A program made the position numbers and the translations under genes. A DNA stretch of 64,000 bases from the NCBI GenBank assembly GCA_004431415.1, contig QPMI01000103.1:1-64000 (forward strand), given 5' to 3'. Numbering within the stretch: the first letter of the stretch is position 1; every line of letters begins with the position of its first letter. The stretch comes from Cyanophora paradoxa CCMP329 (lineage: Eukaryota; Plantae; Glaucophyta). Under the pieces are notes generated by a model that saw only the letters and a list, made by a program, of their open reading frames with translations, was not told the origin of the DNA and did not search any database. Shown here in pieces: positions 46,978-57,600 of this stretch.

Positions 46978-49900
46978 CAGGGCCCGGCAACGCGTGAGTT
47001 GCCGCACCTCTACGTCGAGCCGTCGCCGGAGTCCCCGCAAGCCTTGGGCGTACTCTGCCCTTACCAGCTGCATAATCACCCGGGAGACAAAATGTTTCAC
47101 GTGCGGTTGTGCAATCCTGGCCGGCAGCCGGTAACCCTGCCGCTAGGATCGGTAGTAGCGGTCGCTTCGGCGGTCGCTCTGCCGCCTGGTGATTTTGAGT
47201 ACGAACCTGAGCAGATGCCTTGTAGTGCAAGCGCATTGACAGACCTCCTGATTCGCCGGCTGCGAATCGTGCCTGCCAAACGCCGCACTGGGCTCCGCCA
47301 CTTTAATAGAAAAGCACGCATGCTTGGCGCGGCATATGAGCCCGCCAAAGACGTTGAGAAAATAATCTCCACCCTACGTTCTGTCGTAGATGAGGCGGAA
47401 AAGCAGCGCGCACTGTCTAGCGCAGCGCCTGCGGAGCCCGCCGACCCACCCCGCGCACCGCCCTACGACGTCGACGATATAGTCGTCACGTTTGGCGAGC
47501 TGCCCTTCGACACAGCCGACCGGCCGTTGCAGGACCTTGATGCTATGAGCATCATCAGCTTCGACGACGATGCTATGAGCACGTCGTCACGAAGCGAGTC
47601 CCCAACGCCGGCCCCGATCACAGGCCCTTCGGTCGACGAGTTCGTCGCCGCAGTCGAGGCAGTGGCCGTCCCCAGCGACGCCACCCTGCGCTCGATCTTC
47701 CCCGGTCTCTCCGAAAAAGCGGAGCGCGACTTGCTCGATGCAGTCCGCGCCATGCGCGGCGACGTTACGGTCCGCAAGGCCGCACCGGTCGCCGACGCCG
47801 AGGCCCCACCCCAGAGTGTGGTCACAGCCTCGCTTTCGGCCCGACCCGATGCCCCACCATCTACGACTGCAGCACCCGACGCGAAGCCCGCTGAGGCACC
47901 GCGGCCGGTGCCTAATGCAGAGGAGGAGTGGCAAGAGCTGCTGAAGAAGATTCCTGAGCTCGGCTCTCACCCGTCAATCACGACGGCGCAGAAAGCCGAA
48001 CTTCACGCGCTCCTGCGGCGCTACAAGGATGTCTTCGCAGACAAGGTCGAGGCCAAAGAGGGCACCAGCAACCTGCTCTATTACGAGCACGTGATCAAAC
48101 TCACGACTCGCCTTCCGGTGTTCACGCCTCCGCGGCGTATGAACCCGCACGCCGAGGAACACGCCCGCAAGGAAATTCAGAAACTCCTTGAGCTTGGGCT
48201 GATCGAGCCCTCCCAAGCGGCATATGGCTCGCCAGTAGTGTTGGCCCCTAAAAAGGACGGCACTTGGCGTTTCTGTGTCGACTATCGGAGGCTGAATCAG
48301 ATCACCGAGCGGGACGTGTTTCCCCTGCCCCGCATCGACGACCAGCTCGAGCGCCTCCGCGGCTCGATGGTCTTCTCGACTGCCGACGCGACTGCCGGCT
48401 TCTGGCAGTTGCCTCTGCACCCCGGCTCGCGAGCTTACACTGCATTCGTGGTCCCTTGGGGCCACTTCCAGTGGAAGGTTACGCCGTTTGGGGTCACCAA
48501 TGGGCCCGCGGCCTTCTCCCGCGCGATCACTGCGATCTTGGGCCCCTTGCTGACCACCTGCGTCGTCGCGTACATCGACGATATCACGGTCTTCTCACCG
48601 TCCATCGATCAGCACCTTCTAGACTTGAAGGCGCTCTTCGAGACGATCTCTAAGGCGAACCTGCGCCTGAAGCCGTCGAAATGCCGCTTCTGCGTGCCTG
48701 AAATCGACCTTCTCGGCCACCGCATCTCCGCCGAAGGGATCCGCCAGGACCCTGCGAAGACCAAGGTGATCACGGACTGGCAGACGCCGAAGAACGCGGA
48801 CGAGCTCCGCTCGTTCCTCGGCCTCGCCGGCTACTACCGCCGCTTTGTTGAGAACTTCTCCAAAGTGGTGCACGCCATGCAGCGCCTTCTATTGAAGGAC
48901 GCCGTCTGGAGTTGGCCAGAGGACGGCCCCGCCGACCGTGCCTTTAAGGAGCTGAAAGAACTCTTGGGCCGCGATATCATATTGCGGTTCCCGGACTTCT
49001 CGAAGCCCTTCATTCTCCAGACGGACGCCAGCACCTATGCCATCGGCGCGATTCTGAGCCAGGCCGACGACAAAGGCGTCGAGCGGCCGCTCGCGTTCAT
49101 CAGCCGCACGCTGCTGCCGGCCGAGATGAACTACTCCGCTACGGAACTGGAGTGCCTCGCAGTAGTCTGGGCCATTAAATATTGGCGCCACTACCTGCTC
49201 GGCGGCCCCCAGTTCCTGGTGCGGACCGACCACCACGCCCTCCAGTGGCTGAAGACGCTGGACCCGACGACGGGTCGCCTCGGTCGCTGGTCCCTGCTCT
49301 TGCAGGCCTACGACTTTGAGATCGTCTACCGCCCTGGCAAGCAGAACGGGGGTCCTGACGCGTGCTCGCGTCTCCCTAAGGACCACCCCGTCTGGCAGCC
49401 AGGCGGTGCAGACGGTTCCTCGTCCAAGCCCGCGGCCTACAAGGGCGCCGAGGGCTTCGGCATCCCGCAGCACGCTGTAGGGGCCGAGCCAGAGGACCCC
49501 GACGTTCCGCTGGGCATCTTTAGGATGCAGCTGGGCCCGACCGAGCGGGCCCTGCGCCAGCTCGCCAACTCCGCCGGCTTCCGCGCGGAAGCCCCAGCCG
49601 AGGGTGGCCGAGCCGCTAGGCGCCGAGTGCCCCGGGCGGCGCCTGCGAGCGCCCCCTCTCCCCCGCCGGGCCGCTCCTCTTATGCAGAGGAGGAGTCGCG
49701 GCCCCCTGTACCAGCCAGCGCTCTCGAGGCCGAGCCCGACGCCGGCGCCCCTGAAGCGCCCGCGCCCGAGCCTGAGGGTGAGGCTGGCGGTGCTGCGGAA
49801 ACAGATTCCGACGCCGAGCCCCCGCCGCCAGAGCGCGCGCCGCGACGCCTGCCCCGCGAGCTCGCCAAGCTTGCTGCGTCGGCTGGGTTCGCTGAGGCCA

Positions 49901-52368
49901 AGGCCTCCGCCTCGGCTACCGACGCCGCCACGCGCAAGCGAGCGCGGGCCGCCCCAGAGCGCTTTGCGCCCCCTGCGCCAGAGTCGGTCTCGCCGCCCCC
50001 GAAGCGACGGGAGCCGGGCCCGGCGCCCGTTGTCGAAGAGCGCGAGTCCCCCTCGGACGCGGAGATGCCCGACGCCCCTGAGGGCGACCTGGGCGCCCCG
50101 GCCGCGCTGCTGGAGGACGCTCACGCAGAGGCCGAGGCCTCGGGCGAGATCGCTGACGAGTCGCTGCCGGAAGGGCCTGTCCCCTCCGACGCCTGCGACG
50201 CTGACGGCTTTCCCCTCGCTCTTGCGGAGCGGGTACCGAAGCGCTCAGAAACCGGGCCCCGTCGGTGGGGCGCCAAGGGATTCGCTGAGCCGCGGCCCCT
50301 GCATCCCGACGCGCTCTTCCCTCGCGGCCCCGCCTTGAGGCGGCAGCCTCGAGATGAGTACAACACGCGCCACTGGCGTCCCCCGGTCGACCCCTCTGAT
50401 CGGCCGGTGCCGGTCCATATTGAGTGGGAGCCGGAGGACCCCGAGGGCGAGCCGCCTCCCGGGCCTCCGCGCCGGCGCTCACTCTCCCCAGAGACTGCCC
50501 GCCACCAGATCCGCGTTCGGCCGGTCCCTCCGGACCCCAAGCCAGCGCCGCGGGCTCGAGGTCGCCCCTCTGCCCGCGGGCAGGCTTCCGACGACGCCGC
50601 CCCGCTCGAGCCCGAGACGGTCGCCGCCGAGACCGCTGCCCCGCAGCGGTGGGTAGAACTCGACCTTAGAGGCCGGGACGTTCGCCCGCCGTGCAAGCCG
50701 GTCTTCGTGGATACCGTCCTCGACGCGTGGGCCTGCGGACCCTCGCCAGCCGTCGACGGGGCGCTCCCCGACGCGCTGCGCCGTATGTTCCCGACCGAGA
50801 GGCGCGAGCGTCTGCTCGCCGCCCAGAAGGAGGATTCCTTCTGTAAGAAGCTTCTCGCCTTCCACGTAGAGGGCGAGAACCCAACTGTCTGCACCCGCGG
50901 CTCGAGGCGCGACGCAGACCCCTGCTCGCCCAGCTGCGCTCACTGCCTGCGGGCCAAGGAGCGCTTTGCACGCCTGGCCGGCGAGTTCAGCCTGGCCGAC
51001 GACGGCGTCATCGAGCGCAACCCCTTGGTCCCAGCCGGCCGGTTTCTACCCGTCTTGCCGGACGCTTGGATTGACAGGGTGCTCTACGCCTATCACGAGG
51101 GCTGGGCCCATCGAGGCGCGCCCGTGATAGCCCGACGGATCGCCCTGCGGTTCTGGTGGCCTGGCATGTACGCCTCCATCGCTCGCTTTGTGCGGTCGTG
51201 CCCGCACTGTCAGTTCGCGAAGGCCGCGAAGCCCCGCCGTACCGCCATTCAGGTGATACAGCCTTCGGGCAAGGGAGACCTGTGGCAGGTGGATATCTTC
51301 CACTTGGATATGCACGAAGACGGTTCGCGATACATCATCGCGTACGTCGACGCGTACACCAAGTTCTGCTATATCTACCCGCTCTCCCGTATCTCCGGTG
51401 AGGCCTTGCTCGCCACCGCGATCGACTTCTATATGCACGAGGGCGTGCCCGCGCGCATCCTTACGGACCGCGGGTCCCAACTCGTTGGAGGCGCGTGGAA
51501 CGCGTTCTTCAAGGAGAAAGGCACCCGGTTCGTGCACGCGGCCGCCTACCACCACGCCTCGAACGGCGGCGCCGAGCGCCTGGGCGGAGTCTACAAGACT
51601 CTCGCTTACGCCATGTGCCGTGAGCACAAGCGGCCGCTCTCTGACTGGCCTCTCTACAACGCCGATATCGTTCTCGCGTTGCGGACCACCGTGCACTCCG
51701 CCACCGGGTTCTCCCCGATGGTCCTGCACCGCGGTTCTGAAGTGCACCTGCCCTGCGAAGTGCGCTTCGGAGCCGGCGTCCGCTTCGTGAACCCCGACCA
51801 CACGCACCCAGCCGATTACCTTCTCGCGATGACGCGCGCTGCCGCGAGCGCCGACGCTGCCTCGCGCGAGTACCGTCGGTTCTATCGGAACCGCATGGTT
51901 GCTCGCACCGGCAACCCGCCTCATCGTCGCCGCTTTGAGGTTGGCGACAAGGTATTGTGCTGGATGGGCGAACACAACAAAGGGCTGTACAATTCGTGGG
52001 TCGGGCCTTACACCGTGACTGGCGTTAACCCTGGCGGTTACACCTACACGGTCAAGGGATCGGCTAAGCCCTACTCCGCCAAGGACGACGCCCGTACCCG
52101 TCCTTTGCGCGAGACTGTCGCCCACATCGACTGCATGCTTCCGTTCCGCACGCGCCTCTCCGAGTCTCAAGCCCGTCCTCGCGTTGGTCGGCCTCGGAAG
52201 ACTGCTGCGAACGTTGACGAGCCGGCGATCGACCCCGCGCCCGCGGACCCGCCTGCTCAAGAACAAAACCCACCTCTCGCCCCTGACGTCGACGCCGAGG
52301 GCCCCGAGCGGGCTGCCGAGGGCGACGAGGTTGAGATGGATGACGCGATTTTGGTCGACGACCTGTGA
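46978..52368 (+). CDS. pol: Gypsy pol: RT, RNase H, integrase (3' part)
   Basis: RT motifs KKDGTWRFCVDYRRLN, PFGVTNGP and YIDD. RNase H motifs LQTDAS, ELECLAV and RTDH. IN motifs H-H-CPHC, WQVD, LTDRG, NGGAER and GPY. Confidence 0.95.
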   Translation, partial: QGPATRELPHLYVEPSPESPQALGVLCPYQLHNHPGDKMFHVRLCNPGRQPVTLPLGSVVAVASAVALPPGDFEYEPEQMPCSASALTDLLIRRLRIVPAKRRTGLRHFNRKARMLGAAYEPAKDVEKIISTLRSVVDEAEKQRALSSAAPAEPADPPRAPPYDVDDIVVTFGELPFDTADRPLQDLDAMSIISFDDDAMSTSSRSESPTPAPITGPSVDEFVAAVEAVAVPSDATLRSIFPGLSEKAERDLLDAVRAMRGDVTVRKAAPVADAEAPPQSVVTASLSARPDAPPSTTAAPDAKPAEAPRPVPNAEEEWQELLKKIPELGSHPSITTAQKAELHALLRRYKDVFADKVEAKEGTSNLLYYEHVIKLTTRLPVFTPPRRMNPHAEEHARKEIQKLLELGLIEPSQAAYGSPVVLAPKKDGTWRFCVDYRRLNQITERDVFPLPRIDDQLERLRGSMVFSTADATAGFWQLPLHPGSRAYTAFVVPWGHFQWKVTPFGVTNGPAAFSRAITAILGPLLTTCVVAYIDDITVFSPSIDQHLLDLKALFETISKANLRLKPSKCRFCVPEIDLLGHRISAEGIRQDPAKTKVITDWQTPKNADELRSFLGLAGYYRRFVENFSKVVHAMQRLLLKDAVWSWPEDGPADRAFKELKELLGRDIILRFPDFSKPFILQTDASTYAIGAILSQADDKGVERPLAFISRTLLPAEMNYSATELECLAVVWAIKYWRHYLLGGPQFLVRTDHHALQWLKTLDPTTGRLGRWSLLLQAYDFEIVYRPGKQNGGPDACSRLPKDHPVWQPGGADGSSSKPAAYKGAEGFGIPQHAVGAEPEDPDVPLGIFRMQLGPTERALRQLANSAGFRAEAPAEGGRAARRRVPRAAPASAPSPPPGRSSYAEEESRPPVPASALEAEPDAGAPEAPAPEPEGEAGGAAETDSDAEPPPPERAPRRLPRELAKLAASAGFAEAKASASATDAATRKRARAAPERFAPPAPESVSPPPKRREPGPAPVVEERESPSDAEMPDAPEGDLGAPAALLEDAHAEAEASGEIADESLPEGPVPSDACDADGFPLALAERVPKRSETGPRRWGAKGFAEPRPLHPDALFPRGPALRRQPRDEYNTRHWRPPVDPSDRPVPVHIEWEPEDPEGEPPPGPPRRRSLSPETARHQIRVRPVPPDPKPAPRARGRPSARGQASDDAAPLEPETVAAETAAPQRWVELDLRGRDVRPPCKPVFVDTVLDAWACGPSPAVDGALPDALRRMFPTERRERLLAAQKEDSFCKKLLAFHVEGENPTVCTRGSRRDADPCSPSCAHCLRAKERFARLAGEFSLADDGVIERNPLVPAGRFLPVLPDAWIDRVLYAYHEGWAHRGAPVIARRIALRFWWPGMYASIARFVRSCPHCQFAKAAKPRRTAIQVIQPSGKGDLWQVDIFHLDMHEDGSRYIIAYVDAYTKFCYIYPLSRISGEALLATAIDFYMHEGVPARILTDRGSQLVGGAWNAFFKEKGTRFVHAAAYHHASNGGAERLGGVYKTLAYAMCREHKRPLSDWPLYNADIVLALRTTVHSATGFSPMVLHRGSEVHLPCEVRFGAGVRFVNPDHTHPADYLLAMTRAAASADAASREYRRFYRNRMVARTGNPPHRRRFEVGDKVLCWMGEHNKGLYNSWVGPYTVTGVNPGGYTYTVKGSAKPYSAKDDARTRPLRETVAHIDCMLPFRTRLSESQARPRVGRPRKTAANVDEPAIDPAPADPPAQEQNPPLAPDVDAEGPERAAEGDEVEMDDAILVDDL

Positions 52369-53045
52369 GATGCTTGTCCCGTTGCCGTCCCACTTGCGAT
52401 CGCTGCGCCTGCGCCGTGGGGCAGATTTCTTTGCCCGCTTTGCCTCAGCCTTGGCTTCCGAGGTGGGACGTGGGTTGGCTGGTGGCCAATCACGGGGCGT
52501 CATCTGGGCCTTTCGTTCCATTTTCTGGGATCTGGGCCCGTCGTTCGTGGAGAATGGCTGGGTGTAGGCCTCCCGGGTGCCTGCGGGTCCGTGAGGGGCT
52601 CGAGGTTGCTGGCTGGGGGTGCACTCAGTCGTGCCCTATCCTTTCGTTGGGCCTGATGGGCGGCCCGAATACCTCCTCGCTGGTTTCTTCCCGAGGCGGT
52701 GAAACTTCCCATCCGTGCCACTCTCCTTCGGCTCTCGCCGTTGGAGTGAGTTTGGGCCAGCTTTTGGGGGTTTCGAGTTCTATGCTTTTCCATCTTTCGA
52801 GCTTGGCCTGGGGTTGCCTAGGTACATGCACTATGCTGGTATCGGCTCCTATTTCGGTCGCGAGCTATGCTACCTGGCATATCTGGTTGCTGATGACGGA
52901 CATTCTACTTCGAGAGGAGTTCACTCGCCGCCGCCCTGTCGCTGCCACGGTCGGTGCACACCCCGGCGGTGGGGTGGACGCCCCGTCGAGCATGCAGACT
53001 CGACGTTCGGCTTGGCGCGGTCCGGTGCGAGGACGCACCGTATGC

Positions 53046-53056
53046 AGAGTGAGGAG
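53046..53056 (+). promoter_or_regulatory. Putative polypurine tract
   Basis: AGAGTGAGGAG, one base upstream of the LTR start TGTCG. Confidence 0.6.
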
Positions 53057-53057
53057 T

Positions 53058-53313
53058 TGTCGCGTGCCGCGATTCCCTCGGATTAGGCTAGCCGGTAGTC
53101 TATGCGTAGCCGCTAGCCCTAGTCTAGTGCTATCGAGCGGCTAGCTCTAGCACTCTCTGTATTCTGACTTAGCGCCGGGCGCGACTCCGTTTGGGGGTAC
53201 GCGATCCCTGGACGGGTACACTTGTGAATAGACCACTTGTGCTCCCAGCTACAGCCACAGCCCGTGCGTGACCGCACGGACGCTGCACCGGGTGGGAATC
53301 CTCTCATCCGACA
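53058..53313 (+). repeat. Gypsy 3' LTR (256 bp)
   Basis: TGTCG…CGACA inverted termini. It follows the PPT and is homologous to 12375-12656. Confidence 0.8.
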
Positions 53314-54613
53314 GTAAGGCTGGCGAGAGGCCCGCAGCGCTGGCCCGGCCTAGCAAGGGATCTCGACGCACAAGAGGCGCCGGCGAGCTAAAGCGTATAC
53401 GTAAGTGGGGAGAGCTCGACCATCCGTAATGCATATTTGCGCGCTGGCGCAAGCGGCTCATGACGGCCTGACGTCGACGGCCTCTAGTTTTGAGCTATAA
53501 TTAAGCAATGCCGGCGCCGTTGCAGGCCTAGGGGCCTCCTAGCCTCCCGGAGTCTGATCCTACTATTTGGACGGGATTCCAGCGGCAGCCTGGGTTTTAG
53601 ATCGACATCCGATCATGATCACGATCGTTTTAAAATGATCTGGGGCTTCATAATCGTGATTATCGTAGCGCCCCCGGCTTGTTCTCGTGGTCATGGAAGC
53701 CCTGCTAGCCGCTGAGCCGACCGGCCGGGCCTCAAGCTTGCAATCGTACCCGCAGTTCTAGTCCCTTTTATATTAAATTAAAACTTTCTTCAGAGATCAC
53801 TGATGCAGATCCCGACATGCGCAGTCCGGATCCCCTCTTCTTTATTGAAAGCGTAAGGATACTGATCTTACCCGTCCGCTCCGAGGCTCGGCTTCCCACG
53901 CCAGCGCGCCCCTCTGTACATGTCCTGCACTATTTCGAATTCCGATGCCCCCCCCCCCTCCCCTCCCCTCTCTCTTCGCCCTACCCTCTCGGGATCGGCA
54001 CCCTGCAGCTGGGCCGGCCGGGCCCACCGTCCCTAAACGTACGCGCGTGTACTTAAGCCTTGCCCTCCAACGCTTCCTGGAAAGTGCAATTTGCGCAAAA
54101 CGGCAGCTACTTGTAAGTGATTGTAGTTGAATTCGAGAAGATTGAAACTATGAAGATGTCCGTGTGGCATATGCGGGGCACCCTGATCTAGAAGAAGCTT
54201 AAGGGTGAAAAACCGAAACGAAACGAAAACCGAAAAGAGCCTGCATTGGTGGCTCGTCGAGCGCTGCCAGATCTAGATCTAGATGTATAACTGGTACTAG
54301 AGCCAAGCAGCTCGTCGAGGAAAATACACGCATTACATGAAGAATAAGTTATCAAAGATCTAGAGCAAGAGCTCATGATCAATATGTAATTATATAATAA
54401 TCGCTGAGTTTGCGTCATCATGCCGGCGCCGGGCGCCATGATGACGAAATGAAAGAAAAATCGGATATGCAAGCTTAATTATAAGTGTAATATGAATTGT
54501 ATATATATATATGAGCGATCGCGAGGCGGCCGTGGCCATGGACTGCGTGAAGCAGTCTTCTAAAGATCAGCTGCAGCGGCTGAGCTGCTGCACGCTACTC
54601 GAGCTAGAGCTCT

Positions 54614-57600
54614 CTAAAAATGCACTGTGATCTCGCGATCGGCCTTCCCTTGCTGTGGGTTGCCGCCCGACGGAATGTAGGCGGGGGCCGAGGCGCGCCG
54701 CAGCGCGCGGGGCGAGATGGGCCCGATATCGATGTTGTCGACGTCGAGAGCCGCGGGCTCGTGGTTTTCGGGCAGGCGCGGGGCCCAAGGCGTGTACGGC
54801 GCGTCGGGGCGGTTGTAAGGCGTGACGACATACCCGTCGATCGTGCCCGTCGAGGCGCGGCGGTGGGGCAGGGGCGCCGGCGCCGGGACGCTGCCCGTCC
54901 TGCTGCGGACGGCGTACGTGTACGGGAGCTCGCCGCTCAGCGCGTGGAGGCGCTTCTTCGCCTTCCAGTAGAGCACGCCGAACACGGCGGCGGCGACGAA
55001 GACGGTCCCGAGGACGACGGGGACGGCGATGGCGGCCGCCACGTTGACGCCCGACGCGGCCGCCGCCGCGCCGCCCTGGTAGGACGGCGCGTTGCCCGAG
55101 ACCACCACCGGCGGCACAACGGGCGGAGAGACGCCGGTGCCGACGCCGAACTGCACGGTTCGCGATCGCGCGTCACGCGGCGTGAGTCGAGCAGGTGTGG
55201 TGTGGTTTAAGAGCGGCGCGTCTCACCGGCGTCAGATGGTCGCAGTACCCCACGCCATACGTGGCATTTCGCCCGTCGTCTCCGACCTTGTAGACCAGTT
55301 CTGTGATGTTTCCGCTGCGAATCCAGCGTCAGAGACGTGCGGGATGCGAGCTATGTCCGCGCGCGGAGCCGCACCAGGACTTCCACAGCATCGAGTCCGG
55401 GTCGTAGTAGACGAGCGCCATGGGGAGCGTGATGTTCTCCGCCCCGACACCGAAAGGAATCTCGAAGCGGATCGGCTCCGAGAGGCCTTTCACCGCGAGG
55501 CCGTTGACCTCCACCTCCAGAATTGTGCTCTTGACATTGCTGCGCAAAAAATCGAGCGAGTTCATGATCAGCATACACGCGCACGGCAAAGCAAATTAAA
55601 GTCGACGTGATAGCATCGGCGCACAAGGTAACGGCCGAAGCGTTCTCGGCGGACATATTGCCAGCGTTCTGGTACGGGTTGCTCCCGTACTGCGTGACAA
55701 AGACGCCTGCCCCCTCGTCTGTGTCGTTGTCCGACGCCGCGGCGAGGGCTTGGAAGGCCGCGGGGAGGGTGACGCTGGCGCTCGGCACGCTCTCGTTTCC
55801 GCTTGACGAGCTCGTCGTAATCGCGCTCGACGAGTTGCCCGACTTGCAGACTGCATTGCGTGTGATAATTTAGCAATAGCGTCATGATCATTTACATGTG
55901 ATTCCGCACCCGAGGCAACGGTGAGCGAGAGCGTCCGCCCAGCAATGGACGAAGGCTTGTCGCCGCAGACGGCGCAGCCAAACGAGGCGGTCGCGAAGCT
56001 GCTGATGAGATTCTTGGTCGCATCAAACACTGGACTTGAGCCCGAATTCGAGTTGGAGTTCGAGTTCGACGAAGTCGACGAGGATGTGCTGTTCTTCGGG
56101 TCGGCGTCGCCGGACCAGCTCGACGACAACGAGAACGAATCTGGCGGGGGTCGCGTCAGCAAAAGTGCGAAGCCAGAGCGACACGACTAGCGGACAAGAG
56201 CGTACCGGCCGCGGAAACGACGATGCTGTCGACGCCGTCGTACTCCGTGCAGGGGTCGAGGGTGCCGAGCAGCCGCGTGAGGATGTTGGCAAGGCTCACT
56301 TGGCTCGATTCGTCTCCCGATCTGTTGCGAGGCATGCACACGTCACAACCACTAAGACGACGGCCATGGATAATAATATGAGTCTCTTTGGATCCTCGCG
56401 CACCGGACGAAGACGCTGACAAGGTTGGCGCCGACGTTGAGGGCCTGCGCGGCCTGTCCGGAGGTTGCGTTCGCCGAGGCGATCGCTGCAGATAGAAGTC
56501 AGAAGGGCAGGCGGTGGTTGTTCTTCTTTATAATAAATGAGATACTGTCGCACATGTCATCATGTCCAGCATGGGCCCGAGCAAGGTGGAAATGGAATCC
56601 TTGCTTTCCGTCGCGCCCTCGCCATAAAGGGCGTTCAGAGTGACTGTTTGCGCAAAATCAGACACGGCCGCGGCTTTTACGAGCGTAGTGGCGCCAAGGC
56701 TCACCGGCGACGTTCGCCAGCGCGGCGAGCGAGGCCTCAGAGTCTCCATCGGCGGCCAGGGAGGCAATGGAGGCCTGTGCCTGGGTGACGACGTCGCGGA
56801 CGGCCGCGTCGCGCTCGGCCTTGCTGTTCCCCAGGGCGGTGGCGAGCGTCGATCTGGCGGTAAGCGCCAGCTCTGCGGCGTTGACTTGTGAGACAGAAGC
56901 GGGGCAGGGCGCTTGGCTCGCGCGTGTAAGTCGAACCAGTGTAGGATCCGAACGGGTCGCTGATGCGGACGACGACGCTGATGACGCGGTCCTCGCCGGA
57001 GCCGACGGGCAGCAGCGCGCGGATGACGGGGATGGTCCCCGCCTGGCTGAGGGCGACGGGCGGCCTCCCGTCGTTCGTCTTGAGCTGCGGGCGCATCGCG
57101 TCAGAGAGGGTAGGGCAGATCTAGAAAATGTTCTCTCAGGGAGCTCGAGGGTAGGGCATACGAAAAGCTGGAACGCCAGCGGGTCGGACGAGTAAGCGCT
57201 GGAGGCTCCAGAGCAGGTCACGCTGCGGGCGGCTCAGATCGCGATTGACAATGCCAATGACCCAGCAAGCCGCCGCACGTGAATTGGGTCTTGAGCGCGA
57301 CGCCGGACTCGGGGAATATCGAGCACTCGCCCGGGCTCGGGCCGCCGATGACGCGGATCGCCATATCCTGGAAGCCAGCGAACGCCGGGCCCTCCGCGTT
57401 GTCCCAGGCGGTGCAGCGAAGGTTGTAGATGCGGTTGCGCGCGATGAACGGCGCGGTCGAGTCGATAATCAGCGTGGAGCTGTCCGCGGTCGTGCGGATC
57501 GCCGAGGTCGAAATGTTCGCCAGCGATGCATCGCCGTCGAAACTCGACCATGAGAAGGCCCAGTCCTTGTTGGGCTCGGGCGCCTCGGGCCGGGATGCGC

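Larger units (their letters stand above)
37829..53313 (+). mobile_element. Ty3/Gypsy LTR retrotransposon, 5'-truncated and interrupted by a LINE
   Basis: Domain order PR-RT-RH-IN, with PPT and 3' LTR present. No gag or 5' LTR was found in the window. Confidence 0.92.

Noticed and set aside
52365-53144. env-like or accessory ORF after pol (259 aa), and short antisense ORFs
   Set aside because: It runs into the LTR, has atypical T-rich codon usage and shows no motifs. It is treated as 3' UTR.
12375-53313. The two LTRs as the 5' and 3' LTRs of one giant nested element
   Set aside because: They are too diverged relative to the intact pol, and the flanks (GCGGG vs GTAAG) do not form a TSD.
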